Source: Octopus sinensis
Lineage: Eukaryota
Direction: 5' to 3'
Length of the DNA: 17,398 nt
Assembly: GCF_006345805.1 (NCBI RefSeq)
Contig: NW_021824815.1
Location: 1-17,398, forward strand
Shown: piece after piece, positions 17,035-17,398 of the stretch
Layout: each line of letters begins with the position of its first letter
Numbering within the stretch: position 1 is the stretch's first letter
Program-made: the position numbers and the translations under genes
The notes under the pieces: generated by a model
What the model saw: only the letters and a program-made list of their open reading frames with translations
Told to the model about the DNA's origin: nothing
Database searches by the model: none

Positions 17035-17258
17035 GTGTGCGTGTGTATGCACGCACGCATGCAAATGCTTATGAATGCTTATGCATAGGAATGTATATAC
17101 GAATGTGTGCAGGTATAATAATGTGTGTGTGTAGGAACGTGGGCGTGTATGAGTGAATGTGTGTGTGCTTGCCTGTGTATGATTATGCATGCACGTATGT
17201 GTACGAACATGTACTTGTGTGTATTACACTTATATGTATGTATGCATGTATGTATGTA
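17035..17258. repeat. Degenerate (TG/TA/TATG)n low-complexity tract
   Basis: Direct reading of the sequence. Confidence 0.85.
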
Positions 17259-17398
17259 AATTTTTTTTTTAATATGTCCCAAAATACTACGAGTTTATCT
17301 TCCCAACTGTCAGTGAAAATCCTATTTTTAAAGCTGATAACACCGCCTCCATCGTGTCTCGCCTTCTCACAACACCACCACAACCCTACGACCCCGCC

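Noticed and set aside
16505-17156. 183-aa and 84-aa antisense ORFs and a 154-aa alternative + frame overlapping the exon
   Set aside because: Probably shadow frames. Only the 16517 frame is bounded by a matching acceptor and donor in the phase set by the upstream exon, and the other frames run into simple repeats.
17183-17383. Minus ORF with IFTDSWEDKLVVFWDI, resembling a WD40 repeat end, followed by an A10 run
   Set aside because: A single short motif at the window edge with no supporting repeats or TSD; cannot be distinguished from chance.

Overview
Eukaryotic, AT-rich, repeat-dense DNA. The tRNA-headed SINE families, RTE-type LINE ends and microsatellite load look like an octopus (coleoid cephalopod) genome; this is recognition, not a database result. 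Most of the window reads as intron of one + strand gene. Two well-supported, phase-compatible coding exons (6237-6517 or 6538, and 16517-16976) lie about 10 kb apart. Spliced, they give a signal peptide followed by a very divergent Venus-flytrap-like ectodomain resembling class C GPCRs. The start codon was not found. The rest is at least four SINE families (called A-D here, often nested or inverted), three different LINE 3' fragments, a piggyBac-like MITE, minisatellites and microsatellites. The most unusual signal is a small element present twice (122-370 and 4720-4868). It joins a Pol III B-box head to a minimal type I hammerhead ribozyme fold, shows Penelope-like inverted-tail architecture, and one copy has an 11-bp target-site duplication. 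A second oddity is a ~225-bp unit present twice in circularly permuted order. Nearly all long ORFs in the supplied track are repeat artefacts. No CRISPR, rRNA or intact tRNA gene is supported. Repeat boundaries are approximate.
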